A model generated the notes under the pieces. It ran no database searches, had not been told where the DNA came from, and saw nothing but the letters and a program-made list of their open reading frames with translations. Positions 27,434 through 36,308 of a DNA stretch of 52,027 nt are shown in pieces. The position numbers and the translations under genes were made by a program. Numbering within the stretch: the stretch's first letter is position 1; every line of letters begins with the position of its first letter. The DNA is from Candidatus Binataceae bacterium (GTDB lineage Bacteria; Desulfobacterota; Binatia; Binatales; Binataceae), in NCBI GenBank assembly GCA_030037595.1, contig JASHQJ010000178.1, forward strand, positions 1-52,027. The letters are read 5' to 3'.

Positions 27434-27880
27434 TCAGATGGTGATTGGCTGGGGCTTCTGCGCGGCGTGGGGATGCTCAGCGCCACGATAAATCTTGAGC
27501 TTTAGAAAGAGCTGGCGGCCAAGACGATTCTTCGGCAGCATCCCGCGCACCGCGATCTCGATTAGCCGCTCAGGCTTGCTCTCAAGAATCTTACCCGCGG
27601 TCGTCGAGCGCACTCCGCCGGGGTATTCAGTGTGGCGATGATAGACCTTGTCGGAGGCCTTTGCGCCCGTGAGTTTGACCTTGTCGGCGTTGATGACGAC
27701 GACGAAGTCGCCGGCATCCTCGTGGGGCGTGTAGTCGGGGCGATGCTTGCCGCGGAGCACGCTGGCGGCGCGCGACGCGACGCGGCCAAGCGGACGATCG
27801 GCGGCGTCGATCAGCAGCCACTTGCGATCGCGGAGCGCGCTCTCGCGCGAGACGCTCCTGGTTTGTTCGGTCAGTTTCAA
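27434..27880 (-). CDS. rplM: 50S ribosomal protein L13
   Basis: KWLLIDA...LGRVAS...[21 protein letters not shown]...[10 protein letters not shown]...[11 protein letters not shown] start at 27880 chosen because the longer ORF runs through the tRNA. Confidence 0.95.
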   Translation of the reverse strand: MKLTEQTRSVSRESALRDRKWLLIDAADRPLGRVASRAASVLRGKHRPDYTPHEDAGDFVVVINADKVKLTGAKASDKVYHRHTEYPGGVRSTTAGKILESKPERLIEIAVRGMLPKNRLGRQLFLKLKIYRGAEHPHAAQKPQPITI

Positions 27881-27903
27881 TTTCCTGCACCCAAGCTTGA
27901 TTT

Positions 27904-27981
27904 TGGCGGGGCCGATGGGATTTGAACCCACGACTTCCGACGTGACAGGCCGGCGTTCTAACCGGGCTGAACTACGACCCC
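27904..27981 (-). tRNA. tRNA-Asp (GTC)
   Basis: GGGGTCGTAGTTCAGCCCGGTTAGAACGCCGGCCTGTCACGTCGGAAGTCGTGGGTTCAAATCCCATCGGCCCCGCCA: acceptor stem, GTC anticodon loop, GTTCAAATC T-loop and encoded CCA. Confidence 0.95.
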
Positions 27982-28257
27982 GCCTGAACCATCCTTTGTT
28001 ACATTTTCCAGGCCGCGGAGCAACCAAGCATCCGCCGTTATGTCATTAGCGACGGTAACCGACGCTGCAGTATATACACGCTTGCATCATTTGGACTCGC
28101 AAGCCATTAAATCCGAGCCAAGGCGAAATAATGTCGGCAGGATGTAATCTTGCCTTGGTTTTGGTGCTCAAATATCGTGAGGCTTGGTCTCGAGAACCGC
28201 TCCAGTCGTCTTAACCGAAGCTGCGGAAGCGATACTTAAGAACGCCTCGCTGCTGCT

Positions 28258-31200
28258 ATGTGGATAGTTCGACTCGCGCTGCGCCGGCCACTTTCGGTGG
28301 CTGTCATGGCGCTCCTGATGCTCGTCCTGGGAGTGCTCTCGTTCTCCCTGATGAACGTCGACATCTTTCCATCGATCGACCTGCCTGTGGTGCTCGTGGT
28401 CTGGAACTACCCGGGGCTGTCGGCCTTCGATACCGAACGGCGGATCGTGTTTATCAGCGAGCGGGCGTACTCGACCACAGTCAACGGTATCGACCATATC
28501 GAGTCGGAATCGATTAATGGCCTCGGCATCTTGAAGGTTTACTTTCAGCCCGGCAGTGCCATAGGCGCGGCGATCGCGCAAATCAACGCGGTGTCGGAGA
28601 CGATCCTGAGCAACCTGCCGCGCGGTATCGAGCCGCCGCAGATTATCTCGTACAACGCGGCGAACGTGCCGGTCGCGCAGCTGAACGTGTTCAGCCAGAC
28701 AATGAACACCACCAAGCTGTTCGACTACGGATTGAATTTTATCCGTATCCAGCTTTTTACGATTCCGGGATTCTCGTCGCCCGCGCCGCTCGGCGGCGTG
28801 AGCCGCGAGATCATGGTCAATCTGAATCCGACGCAGCTCTATGCTAACGGCCTTTCGGCCTACGACGTCGGCAACGCTCTAGATGCGACCAACGTGGTTA
28901 TCCCGTCCGGCACCGCCAAGATGGGCAACTACGAATACAACGTCGACATCAACATGAGCGTGCCGAAGGTCAAGGACTTCAACGCGCTGCCGATCAAAGT
29001 GCAAAACGGTGTGCCCGTGTTCCTCGGCGACGTTGCGCCGGTTACGGATTCGCATCCGCCGCAGACCAACGTGGTGCGGGTTGACGGCAATCAGGCGACC
29101 TACCTGATGGTGATCAAGCACGCCGACGCCTCGACGCTCAAGGTCGTGGACGCGGTGAAGGCGAAGATTCCGCTGATCCTGGCGACCGCGCCCAAAGGCC
29201 TCGAGGTGTCGCTCAGCTTCGATCAGTCTCAGTTCGTGCGCGCCGCGTTGTGGGACGTTGTGCAGGAGGCAGTAACCGCAGCATTCCTGGTCGCGTTGAT
29301 GGTCCTGCTCTTCCTCGGCTCGCCGCGCAGCATGCTGATCGTGATCACATCGATACCGCTGTCGATTCTGACTGCGATCGTCGCGCTGAACCTTACCGGG
29401 CAGACCATCAATACGATGACGCTCGGCGGTATCGCACTCGCGGTCGGAATGCTGGTTGACGACGCGACGGTCGAAATCGAGAACATCCACCGCAACCAGG
29501 CGATGCACAAGCCGCTGCTGGTCGCGATCCTGGACGGTGCGCATCAGATCGCGACTCCGACCTTCGTCGGTACGCTATCGATCTGTATCGTCTTCTTCCC
29601 CGTCGTGCTGCTCACCGGAGTGGCGCGATTCCTGTTCACCCCGCTTGCGCTCGCTGTCGTGTTCGCGATGCTGACCTCGTACCTGCTGTCGCGGACGCTG
29701 GTCCCGACGATGGCGCGCTACCTGCTGCCGTCGGAGCATGAAGAGCACCTCGGCAATTCGCTCTGGGAGCGGGCAGTGCGCGGCTTCGACAACGGCTTCA
29801 ATCGGGTGCGCGATCGTTATCGCGACGCGCTCGCCAAGTTCATCGCGCGGCGCACGTTTTCGCTGGTATGCGTCGGACTGCTGATTTTGGTCTCGGTCGT
29901 CTTGGTCAAGGTGGTCGGCGAAGATTTCTTCCCAAAAGTTGACGCGGGCATGATGCGCCTGCACGTGCGTGCGCCGACCGGTACGAGAATCGAACACACG
30001 GAACTGGTGGTCGACGACATCGAGCGCGCGATCCGTAAGATCATTCCGCCCGACCAGCTGCAAGGAATTAGCGACAACATCGGGCTGCCGCTCTCCTACG
30101 ATCTGGCCTTCTACCAGACCGACAGCATCGGCCCGATGGACGCCGACATCCTGATCCAGCTCAAGCCCAAGCATGAGCCGACCGCGATGTACGAGGACCG
30201 GATCAGGACGGCGCTCGAAGCCAAGTTTCCGAACGTGACGTCGTACTTTCAGGCGGCGGATATCGTGAGCCAGGTGTTGAACTTCGGACTTCCTGCAGCT
30301 ATCGATGCGCAGATCAATGGCAACGACCTGAACAAGGATTACCAGATTGCGGCGCGGCTCGCCGATCGGATGCAGCGCATCCCTGGAGTTAGTGATTTAC
30401 GGATCGCCGAGCCGCTCGACTACCCGACGTACAAGGTCGATGTCGATCGGTCGAAGGCGCTCGAGATGGGCATCACGCAGCAGGAGGTCGCGTCGAGCCT
30501 GCTCGCGTCGCTGAGCGGCGCGGCGCTGCTGCAGCCGAACTTCTGGCTCGACCCGGTGACGGGAGTTAACTACCAGGTTGTGTCGCAAGCGCCGCAGCAT
30601 CTGATCGATTCGCTCGCCGCGCTTTCGAATATCCCGCTGAGCACGCCGCAAATCGACGGCACACCGGGCCAACCGCAGCTCCTCGGCAACGTCGCTTCGG
30701 TGCATCGCGACATCGACCCCGCCGTGGTCGCGCATTACACCGTCCAGCGCGTGATCGATGTCGATTGCGCCGTGACGGGACGCGACCTCGGCAGCACGGC
30801 CGCCGCAGTGCAGCGGGAGATAGGCAACCTCGGCAAGCTGCCCCCTGGAACACAGGTCGTGATTCGCGGGCAGAGCCAGGCGATGAATGAATCGTTCCGC
30901 ACGCTGGGCGAAGGAATAGTGCTCGCGATCATCCTCGTCTACTTGTTGATGGTCGCGAACTTCCAGTCGTGGCTCGAGCCGTTCATCATCATGATGGCGG
31001 TGCCCGGCGCGCTGGCCGGCGTGCTCTGGATACTGGTGATCACTGGGACGACGATCAACGTCGAATCGCTGATGGGCGCGATCATGGCGGTCGGCGTGGG
31101 CGTCGCCAACGGCAACCTGTTGATCACGTTCGCCAACGAGCTGCGCGAGCAGGGCTACAATCCGGTCGCGGCTGCGATCGAAGCCGGGCGCATCCGCTTT

Positions 31201-31440
31201 CGCCCGATCATCATGACAGCGCTGGCAATGATTCTCGGCATGCTGCCGATGGCGCTGGCGCTCGGCTCGGGGTCGGAGCAGAACGCGCCGCTTGGCCGTG
31301 CGGTGATCGGCGGCCTGCTGGCGGCGACGCTGATGACGCTCTTCGTGGTGCCGACCGTCTATTCAATTTTCAGCCGGAGCCTGTTGGGCAAGCACGAGCG
31401 CGACGCCGAGATCGACGCGATCGGCCTGCCGGGCGCCTGA
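28258..31440 (+). CDS. RND efflux transporter permease (AcrB/AcrD/AcrF family)
   Basis: 1060 aa; VDIFPSIDLPVV, TLGGIALAVGMLVDDATVEIEN, RFRPIIMT, APLGRAVIGGL. Confidence 0.95.
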   Translation: MWIVRLALRRPLSVAVMALLMLVLGVLSFSLMNVDIFPSIDLPVVLVVWNYPGLSAFDTERRIVFISERAYSTTVNGIDHIESESINGLGILKVYFQPGSAIGAAIAQINAVSETILSNLPRGIEPPQIISYNAANVPVAQLNVFSQTMNTTKLFDYGLNFIRIQLFTIPGFSSPAPLGGVSREIMVNLNPTQLYANGLSAYDVGNALDATNVVIPSGTAKMGNYEYNVDINMSVPKVKDFNALPIKVQNGVPVFLGDVAPVTDSHPPQTNVVRVDGNQATYLMVIKHADASTLKVVDAVKAKIPLILATAPKGLEVSLSFDQSQFVRAALWDVVQEAVTAAFLVALMVLLFLGSPRSMLIVITSIPLSILTAIVALNLTGQTINTMTLGGIALAVGMLVDDATVEIENIHRNQAMHKPLLVAILDGAHQIATPTFVGTLSICIVFFPVVLLTGVARFLFTPLALAVVFAMLTSYLLSRTLVPTMARYLLPSEHEEHLGNSLWERAVRGFDNGFNRVRDRYRDALAKFIARRTFSLVCVGLLILVSVVLVKVVGEDFFPKVDAGMMRLHVRAPTGTRIEHTELVVDDIERAIRKIIPPDQLQGISDNIGLPLSYDLAFYQTDSIGPMDADILIQLKPKHEPTAMYEDRIRTALEAKFPNVTSYFQAADIVSQVLNFGLPAAIDAQINGNDLNKDYQIAARLADRMQRIPGVSDLRIAEPLDYPTYKVDVDRSKALEMGITQQEVASSLLASLSGAALLQPNFWLDPVTGVNYQVVSQAPQHLIDSLAALSNIPLSTPQIDGTPGQPQLLGNVASVHRDIDPAVVAHYTVQRVIDVDCAVTGRDLGSTAAAVQREIGNLGKLPPGTQVVIRGQSQAMNESFRTLGEGIVLAIILVYLLMVANFQSWLEPFIIMMAVPGALAGVLWILVITGTTINVESLMGAIMAVGVGVANGNLLITFANELREQGYNPVAAAIEAGRIRFRPIIMTALAMILGMLPMALALGSGSEQNAPLGRAVIGGLLAATLMTLFVVPTVYSIFSRSLLGKHERDAEIDAIGLPGA

Positions 31441-31453
31441 AGACAATTTTCCT

Positions 31454-32593
31454 ATGGACGAAGATCCAAGAAATTTCGAGGTTACGCCGCCGGGCAAGGC
31501 GTTTTACGTCGGCTGGGTCGGCGCGATCGTTCTGATCGTCATCGCGACCGCGGGACTCGTGCTGGCGCGCGATTTGTGGATCGGCAGACAGACGTCGGAC
31601 CTCGAGCAGGGCGCTGACCTCGGGCCGCACGTGTTGGTTGCGCAAGTCGGTCAGACGATGACCCAGCGCGACATCTCGTTGCCCGCGACGATCCGGGGCT
31701 TCAACGAAACCCAGGTTTACGCGAAGATTCCCGGCTACATCAGCAAAATCTTCGTGGACAAGGGCGATCGCATCCGCCAGGACGAAGTGATTGCGCTTAT
31801 CGAATCACCCGAACTCGATCAGCAAGTCGCCAACGCGCTGGCGACCTACAGGCTCGCGCTCGTGACCGATAAGCGCAACCAGATTCTGGTTCACCAGGGT
31901 GTCGTGCCGCAGCAGACGGCAGACAATACGCATCTCACGATGCTCGCTGACAAGGCTGCCTATGAGCAGCTCGTCTCCGAACAAGGTTATAAGACGATGC
32001 GTGCACCGTTCGATGGAATCGTGACCGAGCGCGATGTTGATCCCGGCCATCTCATTCCCGAGTCGACCGCCGGTGCGGCTACTACTGGCGCCGCGGTTAT
32101 CGCGGCGGCCACACTCAAGCCGGTGCGTATCTTTGCATACGTGCCGCAGAACATTTCGCCGTTCATCAAGAATGGTGACAAGGCTACGATCACAGTCACC
32201 GAATATCCTGGTCGCACTTTCGCAGGAACTGTGACCCGTCATCCCGACGCGCTGTCCGCTGACACGCGCACGATGCTGGTGGAAGTAGATCTGCCCAATG
32301 ACGACACAGCGCTTTTGCCGGGTATGTATGCCAGCGCGCACTTCCAGGTATCGGTGGCGGGTGGCACGCCGATGGTGCCCGACGACGCTTTGATTTTCCG
32401 CAACGGCAAAGTGTACGTGCCGATCGTGCGCGACAATCATCTGCATCTTGCTGAAGTAGCGCTCGGCTACGACAACGGACAGCAGATCGAGATCACCAGG
32501 GGAGTCAGCGGCAACGACATGGTCGCGATCAACGTCGGCCAGGCGGCGCGCGACGGCGAAGCAGTCCAGCCGGTGCACGATACCGGGCCGTGA
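31454..32593 (+). CDS. RND efflux periplasmic adaptor (membrane fusion protein)
   Basis: N-terminal TM; lipoyl motifs VYAKIPGYISKIFVDKGD and RAPFDGIVTER; LLPGMY. Confidence 0.92.
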   Translation: MDEDPRNFEVTPPGKAFYVGWVGAIVLIVIATAGLVLARDLWIGRQTSDLEQGADLGPHVLVAQVGQTMTQRDISLPATIRGFNETQVYAKIPGYISKIFVDKGDRIRQDEVIALIESPELDQQVANALATYRLALVTDKRNQILVHQGVVPQQTADNTHLTMLADKAAYEQLVSEQGYKTMRAPFDGIVTERDVDPGHLIPESTAGAATTGAAVIAAATLKPVRIFAYVPQNISPFIKNGDKATITVTEYPGRTFAGTVTRHPDALSADTRTMLVEVDLPNDDTALLPGMYASAHFQVSVAGGTPMVPDDALIFRNGKVYVPIVRDNHLHLAEVALGYDNGQQIEITRGVSGNDMVAINVGQAARDGEAVQPVHDTGP

Positions 32594-32665
32594 TCAGCAG
32601 TTTGCTATGCAGCATAGTTGCTGCATTGGCCGACGATTGACCATCATCTAGAGTTGTGTCATCCG

Positions 32666-33475
32666 ATGGCGCAGCGAGGCACAGCGATCGCGCCCCAGCC
32701 GTGGGCTGGCGATATCTTCACAAACTTCGGCGCGAGAGCGTGCAGGAGTCCGGTCTGGATCGCTGCTACGGCAACTTTTGTTTTCGCGACCGCCTTCTTT
32801 CTCCACTTTTGGTTAACAGCGGGCAGTGAGCTGGCGAGTATCAAGAATGACGGCCAGCAGCTGTCAGCATTCGCCAATCAGGACCGGTTGATGAGAGAGC
32901 TTGGGCGCAATGCCTCATCGACCTGGGATTCAGTCGGCGTAGCACTGCATGCCTACGACTCGCTCGACGCCGCCGGGCTCGATGCGCCCGCTTACGCGCC
33001 TCAAATCCAGACTGCTTTCCGGCTGGGGCGCGAGGCTAACTGGCAGGTTGACGAGGCTATCAGAAAGGTCAAAGCGGCAAATCTGAGCGATCCCACGATT
33101 GGCAGGTTCAAAGCGCTCGAGGGCAGGGAACTGTTCAACCTCGAGGACGATCTGCGCATGCGGCAAGCGCTGCTGATGGCCGAACTATCGCGCAATCCTG
33201 CTCAGATCGCGCAAGCCCGCAGCAATTTCACTCAGCGACTCAAATCGAGTGCCCAGACCGAATTCGAAGTGAGCGTTGCACAGGCCAAGCTCAGCGCCGA
33301 TCTTGCCGCCGAGGAGGCGGCCAACAAAGTGGCGCTCGCCGGCGTCGGTCATCGCGCTCTAAGATGGCTCATCGCCTTTTCGATTTCGATCGCGTGCGTG
33401 ATCTTCGTGGTCTGCTATCTCGTCGCGGTCAGAATCGGGTTGATTCGATCGGCGCGCGAAGTTTTCGATATCTAG
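32666..33475 (+). CDS. Hypothetical membrane protein (TM, long helical domain, TM)
   Basis: Open frame of about 270 aa with hydrophobic segments near both ends; codon usage looks less GC-biased than neighbours; start uncertain. Confidence 0.55.
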   Translation: MAQRGTAIAPQPWAGDIFTNFGARACRSPVWIAATATFVFATAFFLHFWLTAGSELASIKNDGQQLSAFANQDRLMRELGRNASSTWDSVGVALHAYDSLDAAGLDAPAYAPQIQTAFRLGREANWQVDEAIRKVKAANLSDPTIGRFKALEGRELFNLEDDLRMRQALLMAELSRNPAQIAQARSNFTQRLKSSAQTEFEVSVAQAKLSADLAAEEAANKVALAGVGHRALRWLIAFSISIACVIFVVCYLVAVRIGLIRSAREVFDI

Positions 33476-33511
33476 CAGTCCGATGGTCTCGAAGGGTTCG
33501 TGGCGCGCCGG

Positions 33512-34096
33512 CTAGACAGCCGCGAAGCGCCGATTGCTCAGTGGCCACGGCGCGGCGGAATTGATCGCGTCCGGCACCTGCTCCGGTTCATCGACCATCG
33601 CCCACATGCTGCCGTGCCTCTCGTCCATGAAACGGCGATCGATGCAGCTGAGCAGCAGCTCCTGGCACTTGTCATAGAAGCCCATCGTGTTGACCATCAC
33701 GATCGGCCCGCCGTAAAGACCGAGCCGCTTCCACGCCATCGCCTCGAACAATTCCTCGAGCGTGCCGCATCCGCCGGGCAATGCCACGACAGCATCAACC
33801 TCGGCGATCATCAATTTCTTCCGCTCGTGCATGTCCTCGACCAGGATCAATTCGGTGAGGCGCTGATGGCCCCATTCGATGTCGTACATGAAGCGCGGCA
33901 GCACGCCGATCACGCGGCCGCCTTCTTCGAGTACGCCGTCCGCCAGATGGCCCATCGAACCGTTGGTGCCGCCGCCGTAAACGGTCGTGATGTGGTTACG
34001 GGCAAGCACGCGGCCGAGGCGGTGTGCGGCGTCATGATAAACGGCGTCGCAGGAACGGCTCGAGGCGCAGTAGACGCAGACTCGCTTGATAGGCAT
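33512..34096 (-). CDS. LOG family nucleotide 5'-monophosphate nucleosidase (TIGR00730)
   Basis: VCVYCASS, VYGGG..GSMG, MHERKKLM, LPGGCGTLEEL (PGGxGTxxE). Confidence 0.92.
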   Translation of the reverse strand: MPIKRVCVYCASSRSCDAVYHDAAHRLGRVLARNHITTVYGGGTNGSMGHLADGVLEEGGRVIGVLPRFMYDIEWGHQRLTELILVEDMHERKKLMIAEVDAVVALPGGCGTLEELFEAMAWKRLGLYGGPIVMVNTMGFYDKCQELLLSCIDRRFMDERHGSMWAMVDEPEQVPDAINSAAPWPLSNRRFAAV

Positions 34097-34152
34097 GGAC
34101 GGATCGTATCGGGTCGCGCCGCGCCTTCAAAGTCGATCTGCGATCGAGGACG

Positions 34153-34857
34153 TCAACTCTTCGGACCGATTGTTTCGCGGAGCAATGCGAGCGTGCGCGT
34201 GCGCGCGAGATCCGTCGCGGCCGGATTGAACACCGGCCGCGAATCATTCGCGAAGCCATGCCCTGCGTCGGGATAAACGTAGAACGACGCCTTCGCGTGA
34301 TGCGCGAGCGCGGCCTTGGTTTTTTCCCGCGCCGCGGCGGGAATCGATGTGTCGGTCTCGCCGTAGTGAAACATGATCGGACACTTGATGCGCTTGGCGT
34401 CGTCGAGAATCTGCTCGACGCCACCGCCGTAGTACGCGATCGCGACTTCAACGTCGGTGTGCGCCGCCGTGCGGTAGGCGAGGTTGCCGCCGAGACAATA
34501 GCCGACCGCGCCCGCCTGTCCAGTGCATTCGGGTCGGGCGCGCAGCGCCTTGAGCGTAGAGGCCAGGTCTTTCACTGCGAGGTCGAAGTTGAATTTCGGG
34601 CGCATCGCGCGCGCCCGCTGCGCTTCTTCCGGCGTGTAGCCGGCCTCGAAATGCGGTTCGATGCGCCAGAACATATCCGGCGCGATCGCGACGTATCCGT
34701 CCTTGGCCCAGCGCTCAGTCACGTCACGGATATGAGAATTTACGCCAAAAATTTCCTGGATCACGATTAAACCGGGACCGCGTCCCGCTGCTGGTTTCGC
34801 GAGGTACGCGTCGAACTGGCCGCCGTCTTGAGCGTTGATCGCGGTGAACTCTCCCAT
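34153..34857 (-). CDS. Dienelactone hydrolase family protein
   Basis: IQEIFGVN, nucleophile GYCLGG, YPDAGHGF; start moved to MGEFT. Confidence 0.92.
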   Translation of the reverse strand: MGEFTAINAQDGGQFDAYLAKPAAGRGPGLIVIQEIFGVNSHIRDVTERWAKDGYVAIAPDMFWRIEPHFEAGYTPEEAQRARAMRPKFNFDLAVKDLASTLKALRARPECTGQAGAVGYCLGGNLAYRTAAHTDVEVAIAYYGGGVEQILDDAKRIKCPIMFHYGETDTSIPAAAREKTKAALAHHAKASFYVYPDAGHGFANDSRPVFNPAATDLARTRTLALLRETIGPKS

Positions 34858-34898
34858 CTTAGTCGTGCGCGAATTCGCACGCCCTCCTGGTCGATCTG

Positions 34899-36059
34899 TC
34901 AGTCTTTGCCAGCGCTCTCTGCCCACCGCCGCATCAGGCGGTTGGATGGAATGCTCTTTTCATCGATCGCTTTGCGGGCCGTGTCGATGCCGGTGGTCGG
35001 CAGGCCCTTCGGATCGAGCGCGCCGACCTGCACCAGTGCGCTGGCGGAATCCCAGTAGATATGTTCGTGCGCGACCTTGTCGCCGCGAAACTGGATAATC
35101 ACGACCAAGGGAACCTCGACCCATTTTCCGGTCGGTGCGATGCCGGGCAGAAGAAAGTCAACTTCCTGAGTATGCGTGAAGCAGAAAAGAACCTCGTCCA
35201 CGACCGAATCCGGCCCTATCGTGCGCGAGATCGGAACCATCTTCGTGTCCTTCGGGAGTCCCGGGATGAAGTGATGCTTGTAGAAGCGGTAGAGTTCGCG
35301 CTGGCCGATGCCGCCGGTGAGCGTCGGGATGTGATTGACGTAGGGCTCATCGACCATCGTCGCCATAGTGGCATCGACGTCGCGCAGCGCAAATTCGCAG
35401 TCGCCATGGCGCTCCCACATCGCGTTCAGATCGTAGCGCGGGCCGAGATGGTTGCGTAGTAACCCGATCGTCCGTGAGCGCGCGATTTGTGCCGAGATGC
35501 GATCGTAAGAATCGCCACTGCGATTACTGAAACCATGATCGGCGCCACGATAGACAAAAAATTCGGCACTATCGTGAGCTGCTAAGGCGCCGCGGATCTT
35601 CTCGCGCGCGGCGGCCGTGATGTGCCGATCGTTTTCGGCGAAATGAAACAGAATCGGGCATCGCACCGCCGATGCTTCGTCGAGGTGCGCTTCAAGGCCG
35701 GCGGGATAGTACGAAATCGCCGCGTTGATCTTGAGTCGCGCCGCCGCAACAAACGCAAGCAACCCGCCTGGGCCGTAGCCGAGCACAGCGATCTTGCCAC
35801 GGACTTCGGGCCGCGCCCGCAGAACGGTTAGCGCCGCGTCGATGGCGCGGGTGGCCCGGGTGGCATCGAGACTTCGAAGACTCGGAGCTAAGGATACGTA
35901 GCCTTCCGCTGCGTATTCATCCGCCGCGTGGCGAACATGCTCATTCTTGGCGACCTCGTCCAGCAGAATGAGCCCGGGCCCCGATCCGGCCGGCGGTATC
36001 GCCAGGTGAGCATCGAAGCTGCTGCTCTCGGCATCAATTGAAATTACCTGTCCATTCAT
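34899..36059 (-). CDS. Dienelactone hydrolase-like domain fused to a SnoaL/NTF2-like domain
   Basis: N-terminal DLH fold (GYGPGG, YRGADHGF). C-terminal EF..RDVDATMATMVDEPYVNHIPTLTGG...HEHIYWD. Confidence 0.85.
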   Translation of the reverse strand: MNGQVISIDAESSSFDAHLAIPPAGSGPGLILLDEVAKNEHVRHAADEYAAEGYVSLAPSLRSLDATRATRAIDAALTVLRARPEVRGKIAVLGYGPGGLLAFVAAARLKINAAISYYPAGLEAHLDEASAVRCPILFHFAENDRHITAAAREKIRGALAAHDSAEFFVYRGADHGFSNRSGDSYDRISAQIARSRTIGLLRNHLGPRYDLNAMWERHGDCEFALRDVDATMATMVDEPYVNHIPTLTGGIGQRELYRFYKHHFIPGLPKDTKMVPISRTIGPDSVVDEVLFCFTHTQEVDFLLPGIAPTGKWVEVPLVVIIQFRGDKVAHEHIYWDSASALVQVGALDPKGLPTTGIDTARKAIDEKSIPSNRLMRRWAESAGKD

Positions 36060-36308
36060 TTCGATGCCTCCCGCGCCCGCGCCGATTTGACGGATAAGAT
36101 CGTTCGGACATTTTGCTTATAACACGCGCTGATATCTCATCTCAGGTGCACGCGCAGGATCAAATTGAAACAAGCGCATCGATTTGGATACATCACCGTC
36201 GAAACAGCGAAATCGCGGTTGTAACGGCCGATACTCGCCGGCTATCTTGGGCTAATTGTCCGTATATCGACTTGCCGAGCCGAGACTTTTCGAAGAGAGG
36301 CACTGACC

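Noticed and set aside
27881..28027. N-terminal extension of L13 in the ORF track
   Set aside because: It runs through the tRNA-Asp gene; L13 homology begins near the TTG at 27880.
32595..32630. Overlapping short palindromes (CTATGC-A-GCATAG, TGCAGCA-TAGT-TGCTGCA)
   Set aside because: Short arms, no U-tract and no adjacent regulator; cannot be told apart from chance.
27904..33475. tRNA-anchored genomic island
   Set aside because: No integrase, no duplicated tRNA 3' end seen, and the tRNA 3' end faces rplM.
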